64,000 nt of DNA from Macrostomum hystrix (lineage: Eukaryota; Animalia; Platyhelminthes). Shown piece after piece: positions 12,063-23,400 of this stretch. Position 1 is the stretch's first letter; each line of letters begins with the position of its first letter. Location of the stretch: NCBI GenBank assembly GCA_950097015.1, contig CATNEN010000038.1:2728001-2792000 (forward strand), given 5' to 3'. The notes beneath the pieces were generated by a model. It was not told the DNA's origin and made no database searches. It was given only the letters and a program-made list of their open reading frames with translations. Both the position numbers and the translations under genes were made by a program.

Positions 12063-12208
12063 GGGTGTAGCCTAGTGTTAGGGCGTCGGACTCGCCACTT
12101 GAAGGCTCGTGGTTCGATTCCCGACTCCACTGGAACAATTTGTGTCCTTTAGCAAGCCACTTTACTCAGCATCGCTTCAGTTCGCCCAGCTGGGTGCCAG
12201 CATCAGCT
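12063..12208 (+). mobile_element. tRNA-derived SINE, family B (CORE-like domain), 3'-truncated
   Basis: A-box-like TAGCCTAGTGTTAGG, B box GGTTCGATTCCC, then TGTGTCCTTTAGCAAGCCACTTTACTC...CTTCAGTTCGCCCAGCTG, shared with four other copies. Confidence 0.8.
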
Positions 12209-12282
12209 CTGCAATAACACTTGCACTTATTCGTCCAGTCGTTAGTGTCGTCTGTTCGATAAAAAAATTGATCAGTTTAAGT

Positions 12283-12860
12283 GAACGCGAGTTCGATTCC
12301 GCGGCGAGGCCACATTCATTTCGGGGCGCAGCCGCGGAGAGAAAGCTTTGGGCTTGTCGTGTAATTTACGTCGACCTCCAAGGCACAGTGAGAGTGTACA
12401 CTGCCTGACGATGAGAAAGTCAGGACAGTACACACCTGTGTGAGAGTGTGCCTGCGTACGGTATCTGTGTGCGTGTGTGCTCAGGAGTCAGCGAAATGGG
12501 CAAATGATTGCCTCCTTGCTCGCTACGGGTCTTGACTTACTTGACTTAGCTGCAGGGGGGCATCATCGCTACGGGTCTTGACTTACTTGACTTAGCTGCA
12601 GGGGGCATCATCGCTACGGGTCTTGACTTACTTGACTTAGCTGCAGGGGGCATCATCGCTACGGGTCTTGACTTACTTGACTTAGCTGCAGGGGGCATCA
12701 TCGCTACGGGTCTTGACTTACTTGACTTAGCTGCAGGGGGCATCATCGCTACGGGTCTTGACTTACTTGACTTAGCTGCAGGGGAATCATCGCTACGGGT
12801 CTGCCGACACCAAATGATGTGCCATTGCCCGCAGTCCTCCAGCAATTATTATCATTATTA
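12283..12860 (+). mobile_element. SINE family A copy interrupted by a 45-bp tandem array
   Basis: B box GTTCGATTCC-GCGGCGAGGCCA, family A body and 3' end, (ATT)n tail at ~12845-12860. Confidence 0.85.
12520..12801. repeat. 45-bp minisatellite (~6 copies) inside a SINE
   Basis: Unit TCGCTACGGGTCTTGACTTACTTGACTTAGCTGCAGGGGGCATCA. Confidence 0.95.
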
Positions 12861-12892
12861 TGGTTCTTATTAGCAGGGCCGATTAATATTAT

Positions 12893-12960
12893 CATTCCGC
12901 TGACTCATGAGCACACACGCGCGCAGATTCCGTACTCACACAGGGTTGTACATCTGCTGT
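12893..12960 (-). mobile_element. Inverted SINE family A fragment
   Basis: CGCTGACTCATGAGCACACAC...ACTCACACAGG.TTGTACATCTGC matches the family A body in reverse. Confidence 0.6.
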
Positions 12961-13571
12961 GACTACTACGAGCGTAGATTGTCAAGCTAGTGCAATTTTT
13001 TGCCTTCAGGTTTAGCCTCAATATCTGAAGTCCCCTCTGTAAAGTTAAGAGACTAAATCTATCCATTGACACGAGCCGCCAGTGCCCAGATGTCTCAATT
13101 TTGTGGAAACTCGAATCCTGACCGTTCTCAGTGTGGCTTGAGAAATTTCAGTTCGAATCAAATTGAGTCTCGAACGTTTCTGCATGCATTCTGTGCCGAA
13201 AAAATTCCAGTTGTCACGCGTCAAAGATCTCAAATTGAGTCGATACTCGCGGGTGGAGGGGACTCAGGACCGAGCTCCGCTGTGAGTTCCCACTCCTGGC
13301 TGAAGGGCAAACTTGTGCGCCAAATCCCGATTTAAAAAAATTGGGCGAAATCTCCCATTGGGCTCTCGAGGCATGCCGTGCGTGTTCGCGGGTCAAGCTC
13401 CCATTCGATGCAGCCCTGCCATTTATTTCCCTTTCCCATTTTCCCTACTAAAGTCCGAAACCTGTCTTCTAGCACCCAGCTCTCCTAGTCTTTAATCAGG
13501 CAGAGATTTCAGATCTCAACAATTTTTTATTTCCTCTTTGAGTTCTTTTAAAAAATCCAAATCAAAGCCGG

Positions 13572-16500
13572 ATGAGTCGCCGAAGTGGAACTGCTTGGCC
13601 AGCGAGCTCATTCAGCCTCTGCGTCATCATCCTGCACGCACTGGCCTTGAACTCCGGTGAGGCTCCGGCAGTGCCCTTCATTTGACTATAGTACTTGCAG
13701 AGGGAATGTTCTTGGTACCAGTATCAGCAGCTCAAGGACTGCTCGAGTAGAAGGACGGGACGTCTAAATGTCACTATTTGATAATAAAATTGGTTGTAAC
13801 TTTTTATCTCTTGTAAGACCTCTGAGGATTTTAAAAACCCATTTCTCCTAAATTTTTAAGTAAAGGAAACATGGTAAGATTTTCCGCTCTATCCGATGAA
13901 ACTACTTCCAGAATCACGAAACATCGGAATCGTCGAGATATTCAAAGGTTCTCGTCGGGAAGTATGATGGCAAAAAAGCTATATAGATAATTTTTCGGCT
14001 CACAAAATTTAATTATGCAACAATTTCGCGCATTAGCCAACAATTGTTTGCTGAAACCAATTTGGATTGAACATAGAGGTTTTTATCGAGCACTATTAAT
14101 TCTCCTCGTCTTGACAATGCACTTTGCGACGAAAAACAGTCCTTAAAAGTTTTCAAGGAAACAGGAGTGTCCGATCGCAGGGCTTTCTAAATTCACACCG
14201 GAAACATCACTAAAACAATAAAATCAAAGTTCACACGGTCTATAACAAAATATCTCTTCAGGGGTTCTGGCCATAGAAGCCGCCAAGAAGCTGTTCACGG
14301 ACCTGATGAATAGGACCAACTACCGGTCCTACGTGCGCCCCGTGACTAACCATTCTCAGCCTGTACTGCTCTACATGAACCTGAGCCTCACTCAGATCCT
14401 TGACGTGGTGAGTCGCAGCTGCAGAGTGCACGCCTATCCTGGTAGCACATTCTTAGATGTAGCCTGTCTGCAATCAGCAAGTAGCTTGCACAACTCAACT
14501 CAATCCTGTCATTTCAGGACGAAAAGAACCAGATAGTGACGCTGAACATGTGGGTGTTCCAGCAATGGTTCGATCCCAACTTCCAATGGGATCCGAACCA
14601 CTACGGCAGCATTCACGAGCTGCACGTGCCGTCTGACGAGATCTGGACCCCGGACCTGGTGCTGTACAACAAGTGGGTTGATGCAGTGTCTGAAGACCTG
14701 TTCATTGGTCAAAATATTGTACAGGCCAAATCTTTAGGCAACAAGTTAGGTTGCTTGGAGCCCAATCTGAGGACCAAATTAAAGATTGTAGCTGGAACCC
14801 AATCTGAGGACCAATTAAAGATTGTAGCTGAACTCACTCTGAGGACCAAATTGAAGATTGTAGTTGAACCCAATCTGAGGACCAAAATCGGGATTGTAGC
14901 AGCCTGGTCTGAGGACCAATAAATAAATTCTTATGAAGGCATAACAAGCTGTTGCTTAATTAATTACCCGCCCTGTTAGCGCTGGCGGCGACTGGGACCT
15001 GGGCAGCTCGGCCAACAAGGTGAATGTCCTCAGCGACGGCACGGTTCTCTGGCGGCCGCCAATCATTTTCAAGAGCCAGTGCGAAATCAACGTCGAATTT
15101 TTCCCATTCGACACCCAGATCTGCACTCTCAAGCTGGGCACCTGGACCCACAATGGCTACCTAATCGACCTCAGACACGTCGCCCAGAAGGCAGAGGCGG
15201 ACAGGACTGGAATGAACAACTTCGACAACTGCGAGGCACTCATTGACTACGCTGTGGACCTCAGCCAGTTTGTGGACAATGTGGAGTGGGATATTTTAGG
15301 TGAGCTGGGATTCGCTCGAATAATTGGTGACACCCCCCTCCTCAAATCCATGGTGGCACCACCCCCCAGATCCATGGTGGCACCACCCCCCAGATCCCTG
15401 GTGGCACCACCCCACAAATCCATGGTGGCACCACCCCCCAGATCCCTGTGGCACCACCCCCAGATCCATGGTGGCACCACCCCCCAAATCCATGGTGGCA
15501 CCACCCCCCAAATCCATAGTGGCACCACCCCCCAAATCCATGGTGGCACAACCCCCAAGATCCATGGTGGCACCACCCCCAGATCCATGGTGGCACCACC
15601 CCCCAGATCCATGGTGGCACCACCCCCTGGACAGCCCACTTTCTGGCCTCTGCATACACAATTGATCAAACGGGAAGGAACGTGTTACCAAAAGTGCATC
15701 TTGTCATTCTGTCCCATCGGTTAATCCGAGCAGACAGTGGCGAGATTAACTAGGCGCTGAATTTGGACAGGCCAGTGAATCAAATCCGCCTGTGTCCTGA
15801 CAACCGATAGAAAGGGGACGAGAGGAGGAAAAGAAGCAAGGGATTACTTTTTTGTCCCTGAGAAAATTGGTAGCGAAGGAATTTCAGCCACTGAAGAAGG
15901 AAAACGGAGGCGAAATTCGGGCTTGGGCTCGCGATCTCCTGCCGCGCGTCTCTTCATAATTTAGCGACCGACCTTGGCCCGGTTTCGGCTTGAAACAGAG
16001 GCAGGGAGCCAGGGAGAAGGGGGGAAACCGAACCGCGGGAGATTTAGCGATCCCAATGCAAATTGAATTGCTTCTCCCAAGCCCGCCTCCAGCGATCTCC
16101 TCTCCCGACCCTCTAAACCCGTTTGGAAACACTTTTCCCAGGCATTTCAGTCCTGCCAGGTTCGGGCTGGGGGGCGGAGTCCAGGGAATTAGCCCAAAGC
16201 CCGGGAATTCGATCTCAAATTCCGTGTGGACACTAATCACATTGATTTGCTCTCGGCCCCAATGCTCAGCTGAGCAGGGGGTCGGCTCGGAGGCCTGGCT
16301 GGGTGGAAAAGGGGAATCGCTGTTTCTCCTCGCCCTCAGAGTTGCACACAAACTCCCTTCCTGACCCCACCGCTAGGGCCGGATGCCGCAGACTATTTGA
16401 GGTGAGTTTGAGTTGGGTTTGAGCTCTAGGACCTGATCCTCAGGCTTACTCTCCCTCTGAGCAAGTGTGGGCAAGTTGTGACGACCCGCGGCCAGAATCG

Positions 16501-19500
16501 GGGCAATGTGTCCCCTGCTCTGTGCTCTCTGTGCCTTCTCAACGGAAAGTTGAGAGCCGAAGTGCTCGAGTGCTTCTCGAGTGAGCGATCGAGTATGGCG
16601 GTCAGGGCGAGCTATTGCTGTGTTCGGCATAAGCTGCCTGAGATGCACTTCGGCCCTGCCATGCAGCAGATTAATTATTGACCCACTTTGGCTGTTGCCA
16701 AATTATGAGTATGAGTGCCCACAGCGGCAGAACTCAGATGCAGGCTAGGGTGGAACACGTACTCAATACTTTCTCTAGCTTTGAATCTCATCAACCCATT
16801 AGCTAATTAATAAGAATCACAAGCCCAGCTGACAGGTGTGGCTGTTGGCACCGACGCAATAACTTCGCTAAAACAGATTCTCAGTCATTCCTTGATGAGG
16901 CAATATTTCACATGGACAGTAGTAGGACTACGGGGGTATTTCAATACCCACTGCCTACTTCAAGACAGCTCCCAAACCGAATGACCGATGACCGTGAAAG
17001 TCCACCATCAGAATCAAATTTCCCACCCTATTTCGATGAACTAAACTTTCAAAGTTGCCCGAGCATCGTCAAGATTTCCAGCCATTCTTGTCGAAGACCC
17101 TGGTGACGAGGACAACTGCCATTGCTATGTATAAACCCCTCTGGGAAATCCATATTAGTTCACTAATGAAACAATTAACATCCGCAGAGGTGACCGCCAA
17201 GCGGAACATTCAAATCTACCGCTGCTGCCCGGAGCCCTACCTGGACCTGCTGTTCTCGCTGAAGATCCGCCGCAAGACTCTGTTTTACGGCGTCAACCTT
17301 ATCTGCCCGTGCCTGGCTATTAGCTTCCTCACCATACTGGTATTCTACCTACCAGGTGACTCCGGCGAGAAAATGTCCCTGTCAATTAACATCCTGCTGT
17401 CACTCACCGTGTTCTTCCTGCTTATCTTCGACATCTGCCCGCCAACTTCGCTGGTGGTGCCGCTGATACTCAAGTACCTGCTGTTCACAATGATCCTAGT
17501 CACTCTGTCAGTCATGGCCACGGTCATTGTGCTGAATGTGCACTGGCGTTCGCCTGACACCCACGTCATGGCGCCCTGGGTGCGCCAGGTGTTTCTGCAC
17601 ACCTTGCCGAAGCTGCTGTTTATGAAGAAGCCGGACAACAGGGAGGACTCTGATGAGACCAAGGTAGCAGGCTCAACTGGTCATGGTACCCTCTCCCTGC
17701 AGTCTCTATGACCCTCTCCCTGCAGTCTCTATGACCCTCTCCCTGCAGTCGCTATGACCCTCTCCCTGCAGTCGCTATGACCCTCTCCCTGCAGTCTCTA
17801 TGACCCTCTCCCTGCAGTCTCTATGACCCTCTCCCTGCAGTCGCTATGACCCTCTCCCTGCAGTCTCTATGACCCTCTCCCTGCAGTCTCTATGACCCCT
17901 CTCCCTGCAGTCTCTATGACCCTCTCCCTGCTGTCTCTATGACCCTCTCCCTGCTGTCTCTATGACCCTCTCCCTGCAGTCTCTATGACCCTCTCCCTGC
18001 TGTCTCTATGACCCTCTCCCTGCAGTCTCTATGACCCTTTCCCTGCAGTCTCTATGACCCTCTCCCTGCTGTCTCTATGACCCTCTCCCTGCTGTCTCTA
18101 TGACCCTCTCCCTGCAGTCTTGGTTCACACCACTAACATCTCTAGACGTCAAGTCAGCAAGCTTCAACCAGCCACCAGGACTGGCAGTTCAACTGGCAAA
18201 GCTTCGACGAGTGTCGCTACGGCAACGGCGGCGGCTGCGGGCAGGTGGGCTGCGACCATGGCATTGCCTGCGATGTCGAGATGGCGCTGACTGGCGTCAG
18301 GAACATCGCCAGCCATCTGAAGTTTCTCGAACGTAATACAACCGTGAGTACCTTTGATACTTGGTCATTCAAAGCCCAACCCTATCACCCTGATAATCAA
18401 ATATCTGAGTAAACTCGTAGACTCGTAAACTCGTAGACTCGTAAACTCGTAGACTCGTAAACTCGTAGACTCGTAAACTCGTAGACTCGTAAACTCGTAG
18501 ACTCGTAAACTCGTAGACTCGTAAACTCGTAGACTCGTAAACTCGTAGACTCGTAAACTCGTAGACTCGTAAACTCGTAGACTCGTAAACTCGTAGACTC
18601 GTAAACTCGTAGACTCGTAAACTCGTAGACTCGTAAACTCGTAGACTCGTAAACTCGTAGACTCGTAAACTCGTAGACTCGTAAACTCGTAGACTCGTAA
18701 ACTCGTAGACTCGTAAACTCGTAGACTCGTAAACTCGTAGACTCGTAAACTCGTAGACTCGTAAACTCGTAGACTCGTAAACTCGTAGACTCGTAAACTC
18801 GTAGACTCGTAAACTCGTAGACTCGTAAACTCGTAGACTCGTAAACTCGTAGACTTGTAGACTCGTAAACTCGTAGACTCGTAAACTCGTAGACTCGTAA
18901 ACTCGTAGACTTGTAAACTCTTCACCGCTGAAAACGTTCATTCACCAGATCCGGGACGAGTGGAAGTACGTGGCCGTTGTCCTTGACCGCCTCTTCATGT
19001 GGCTGTTCAGTAGTGCGGCCGTCATAGGCAAGCTGAATGAAATGCACTTTTCCTGCTGTTTGTGTGCTCAAACATTTGCAGCCCGCGGCCAAGCTCAAGT
19101 ACTTTTTGTGCCTCATTTGCTTAGAAAGGGCCTCTATTTGTCTTGTTTCTTCAAACCGCATAAAACATTTTCCATGTTCATCTTGATCAAAATGCGCGCC
19201 TTACAAATATCAGTACTTTAGTGAGTCTACTTTCTAACTCTAGTGTTAGTGTCTACCTGTGTCTACCCCAGCGTCTACCATCTACCCTCAGTGTCTGCTG
19301 TCTACCCCAGTGTCTACCAGTGTCTACCCCAGCGTCTACCATCTACCCTCAGTGTCTGCTGTCTACCCCAGTGTCTACCAGTGTCTACCCCAGCGTCTAC
19401 CATCAACCCTCCGTGTCTGCTGTCTACCCCAGTGTCTACCAGTGTCTACTGTCTACCCCCAGCGTCTACCATTTACCCTCAGTGTCTTCTGTCTACCCCA

Positions 19501-20729
19501 GTGTCTACTGTCTAACCCAGTGTCTACTGTCTACCCTCAGTGTCTACTGTCTACCCTCAGTGTCTACTGTCTACCCCAGTGTCTACTGTCTACCCCAGTG
19601 TCTACTGTCTACCCTCAGTGTCTACTGTCTACCCCAGTGTCTACTGTCTACCCTCAGTGTCTACTGTCTACCCCAGTGTCTACTGTCTACCCAAGTGTCT
19701 ACCAGTGTCTACCCCAGCATCTACCATCTACCCTCAGTGTCTACTGTCTACCCCAGTGTCTACTGTCTACCCCAGTGTCTACTGTCTACCCCAGTGTCTA
19801 CTGTCTACCCTCAGTGTCTACTTTCTACCCTCAGTATCTACTGTCTACCCTCAGTGTCTACTGTCTACCCTCAGTGTCTACTGTCTACCCTCAGTGTCTA
19901 TTGTCTACCCTCAGTGTCTACTGTCTACCCTCAGTGTCTACTGTCTACCCTCAGTGTCTACTGTCTACCCTCAGTGTCTACTGTCTACCCTCAGTGTCTA
20001 CTGTCTACCCTCAGTGTCTACTGTCTACCCTCAGTGTCTACTGTCTACCCTCAGTGTCTACTGTCTACCCTCAGTGTCTACTGTCTACCCTCAGTGTCTA
20101 CTGTCTACCCTCAGTGTCTACTGTCTACCCTCAGTGTCTACTGTCTACCCTCAGTGTCTACTGTCTACCCCAGTGTCTACTGTCTACCCTCAGTGTCTAC
20201 TTTCTACCCTCAGTATCTACTGTCTACCCTCAGTGTCTACTGTCTACCCTCAGTGTCTACCATCTACCCTCAGTGTCTACTGTCTACCCCAGTGTCTACT
20301 GTCTACCCCAGTGTCTCCCATCTCCCATTCATCCCATTATCTGCCCATTGATCCCATTGATCCCACTATCTGTCTATTGATCCCATTATACGTACATTGA
20401 TGAAAATATCTTCTATTGCTCCCATTATCTACCAATTGATTCCATTATCTGCCTATTAATCCCATTATCGATCTATTGATCCCATTTTCTGCCTATTGAT
20501 CGCATTCTCCCATTGCCCAGCTCCAATAAATAGGATAATAGACAATCTTAAGCAGCAGCTCTCTATTATAACCTGTTCTCTGGCCTGTCGCCGCTCCGCA
20601 GGTGCCTTGGGAATATTCATGCAGGCTCCCAGTCTCACAGACTACACTGACCAGCTCACCAGGTACAACACTCTGGACCGCATCGCCACCATTCAGCGGA
20701 ACTGCAGTGGCTCCAAGAGCAAAGTCTAG
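13572..20729 (+). CDS. Nicotinic acetylcholine receptor alpha subunit (Cys-loop cation channel), 8 exons
   Basis: Exons 13572-13656 (signal peptide [28 protein letters not shown]), 14262-14407, 14518-14672, 14980-15299, 17188-17663, 18146-18343, 18949-19027, 20602-20729. Motifs: RPV, DV|[17 protein letters not shown], Cys-loop [15 protein letters not shown], loop C YRCCPEPY (vicinal Cys = alpha), GEK before M2, [13 protein letters not shown]. Confidence 0.95.
14757..14920. repeat. ~37-bp minisatellite in nAChR intron 3
   Basis: Repeated CCCAATCTGAGGACCAAATTAAAGATTGTAGCTGGAA. Confidence 0.85.
15343..15628. repeat. 24-bp minisatellite in nAChR intron 4
   Basis: Unit CCATGGTGGCACCACCCCCCAGAT. 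Confidence 0.95.
17688..18120. repeat. 23-bp minisatellite in nAChR intron 5
   Basis: Unit ATGACCCTCTCCCTGCAGTCTCT. Confidence 0.95.
18409..18920. repeat. 16-bp (8+8) minisatellite in nAChR intron 6
   Basis: Unit GTAAACTCGTAGACTC, ~32 near-perfect copies. Confidence 0.97.
19248..20315. repeat. ~20-bp minisatellite in nAChR intron 7
   Basis: Unit CAGTGTCTACTGTCTACCCT; a degenerate CCCATTGATCCCATTATC array follows to ~20510. Confidence 0.95.
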
Positions 20730-21034
20730 ACTCCAACGCTGGCTGTGCAGCTGATGATCGGGCTAAATTGACACTTCAGACTTGATTTGAGTCGCTTTGT
20801 GATTTCTTTCTTTTGCAACACTCAAGCACCAGAAAGTTCTCAAAGTCATCGCCGTCTCAAACTCTGCCTAGCCTGCAGTATTCATCAAGCAGTCGCCATT
20901 TTTATTGTCTTGAAATATTTCAACTTCTCAAATTGTGTGTTATCAACCAGTGCAGTCTATTAAAGTATTACGAAAAGATAGATATACATGCATATAGAAC
21001 AGCGCAATTTGTATATGAAATTAAACTGTGACAT

Positions 21035-21358
21035 GAGCGGTTAACGCGTATCCTCTCGCAGCACGGTCCAAAAGTTCGATTCCATGGCGAGGCCACATTC
21101 GCCACAGCCGCGGAGAGAAGTCTTGGGGGCTTAAGCAAATTACGCCATTGAGGACCAACCTCTAAGGCTTAGTAGAAGTGTTCACTGCCTGACGATGAGA
21201 AAGTCAGGACAGTACACACCTGTGTGAGAGTGTGCCTGCGTACGGTATCTGTGTGCGTGTGTGCTCAGGAGTCAGCGAAATGGGCAGAATTGGCTGCGAG
21301 TCTAGTGTCACCAAATGATGTGCCATTGCCCGCAGCCCTCCTGCAATTATTATTATTA
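21035..21358 (+). mobile_element. SINE family A, near full length
   Basis: AGCGGTTAACGCGT A-box region, GTTCGATTCC B box, conserved body, 3' stem GCTGCG...CGCAGC, (ATT)n tail. Confidence 0.88.
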
Positions 21359-21866
21359 ACTGTGGCTCTAATTATTGTAAAATTCAAAATTCCAATACTA
21401 CTACTAGTAGTCGAGATTATTGAGAATATTGGAATCTCGGCCATCACTTGTACATCGTAGAATATGCTTATATAAATTATCCGCACGCAAAGAAACAACG
21501 AAATTCGAAAATGAAATACCGAAATCGCCGCTATCCTTGCCTCACCCGTCAGTTACACTGCACTTTAAGCAGTTTTGCGTTAGACCTTAAGAACTTTATT
21601 TTTCGATTTTTACCAGGCTTTGAGTACTTCTGTGATCAATGGCAGTATCAAAAGAAACTATTACTCGTACTAATATTAAAACTGAAAGTTCTGTAGCTCT
21701 CAGCCATTAGCCTTTGCTAAAACACTTTTAAAAGAAAACAATATATATACATTCTTTAGCCAACAAACATCACAACTTCAATTGTCACCAATGTGTATTT
21801 AAGAATTGGTTGCGTTACCAATCTCAACAATCTGACAGCAAGCGAAAAGCAGCCAGCTCTCCAGAT

Positions 21867-23340
21867 TTAGTTCTCCTTGAGCGGCGGCTTGTCAGGCAGC
21901 TGCGGGATCGGCAGGCCGTACTGCATCGCCAGCCTCTTGAACACGGTGATGTGGAAGAAGGCCATCAGCACTTCCATGTCCTTCTCGGTGAGCTGACGGG
22001 GGTACTCCTTGCGCTCGATCGTGGTTTTCGAATAGATGCCGCCGACGTATGACTTGGAGTTCTGGATGTACTGCACATTGGGAGCCAGAGTGAACACCTG
22101 AGCGACGTTCACAACGATCACGTTGAACTTCTCGTCTCCGCGGTTGGCGCACACCACATCCACGAACTGGACCTTGTTGGTGGAGGACTTGTCCTGGTTG
22201 AAGGCGATCTTGAAGTCGTTCCACGTGTTGGACTCGGCCAGAGCGCCCAGCATGATGGCGGACTCGACACCCTCGAACACATCGGCGTTCAGCTGAAGGA
22301 GCCTCGGCAGCAGGCTGATGTAGGTTCCCAGCAGGTTCATCTGACTGATGCCCTGGGTCACCAGGGTCTTGGCACTCTGCTCATAGCGAGAGAAGCCCTC
22401 GCCGGCGACCTCCTTGATGATGGTGCTGGTGCTGGTGGTCTTGAAGATGTTGATCAGCTTGGGTACAATGTCGAGACCAGCGCTGATCAGTCCGATGGCA
22501 GTCAGGGGATCGATGAAGGGCTGCTCCATGCCAGGCACCTGGATGTCCAGCATGCGAGCGAAGCGACCAAGAGCAGCCTGGCAGAAGAAGGTCTTCAGCA
22601 GCTCGACGTCGGCCACCTTCAGCTTGGCCGGAATGCGCTCGACGCGGATGTTGGCCCTCTGGTAGAGACCCCAGGCGTAGCTCTTGCGCTCCTCAATGAT
22701 AACAATGTCCGGAGCCAGCTGGAAGGAGCTCTTGAAGTCGGCCACCATGAAGTCGTAGGTGTCGTGCTCGAAGTCGCGGTGTCCGAGGACGCACACGTAC
22801 TTGCAGTTGGCGCCATCGTTCTGGTCGAAGATGATGTCAACGAGGCTCCAGTCGGTGTTGTCAGCGAACTTGATGATGTCCATGCTGGCCAAGAAGCCAT
22901 CGCGCTTGTCGCTCTTGATCTCCAAGGTGTCGGTGAGGTAGGCAGCGAAGGCGTCGAAGCTGTCGGCGTCCACGCCCTCGATGGCCTGCATGGAGGCGGA
23001 CTGGCTGTAGTGGGTGTAGCCGTTGTTGGTGATCCTCTGCAGCTCGACCGGCAGGGCGGTGCTCTTCGATTCGATCAGACCCTTCATACTCGGGAAGCGG
23101 TCAGCCCAGGTCTTCAGCTTCGGAGCCAGACCCTGGGTGAACGGCACGGCGGCGTTGTACTCGCGGTGCTTCGGCTGAAAGTCATAGCCGTAGTGGTTGC
23201 TGGCGGTGAGGCTGGTTTCTGGAACATATCGAGCAGTGATTTCGTTGAGTAACGTTGAGTATCGAGGCAGTTGAGTAACCAGGCTTCGACTTACCAGCTG
23301 CTGCAAAGGCAGCCAAGGAGAGCAGAATGACGAGCTTCAT
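21867..23340 (-). CDS. Secreted uncharacterised 465-aa protein with two homologous domains, copy A
   Basis: Exon 1 23340-23295 (MKLVILLSLAAFAAA, G|GTAAGT), 76-bp intron, exon 2 23218-21867 (TTCCAG|). Strong GC3 codon bias. Second copy at 32786-34307. Confidence 0.9.
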
Positions 23341-23394
23341 CGTTGCTTCAGTTGAGGTGCTCAACATTGAGACTTTCTGTTTGCATTTGTGTGC

Positions 23395-23400
23395 CTTATA
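23395..23400 (-). promoter_or_regulatory. TATA-like box of copy A
   Basis: TATAAG ~55 bp upstream of the ATG, at the same relative position as TATAAA in copy B. Confidence 0.55.

Noticed and set aside
12063-12130. tRNA gene (also 59258 and 60331)
   Set aside because: A and B boxes are present but there is no clean cloverleaf, and each continues into a shared SINE body.
15700-16700. GC-rich unique sequence in nAChR intron 4 as a nested gene or alternative exon
   Set aside because: The ORFs have no recognisable motifs or nAChR similarity and no convincing splice pair.
22764-23252. Plus-strand ORFs overlapping the duplicated genes (also 22414, 33333, 33683)
   Set aside because: Antisense shadows of a strongly GC3-biased coding sequence.
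23219-23306. ORF-track N-termini of the duplicated protein (479 and 476 aa)
   Set aside because: They read through intron sequence from non-ATG starts; the real start is the spliced MKLVILL exon.
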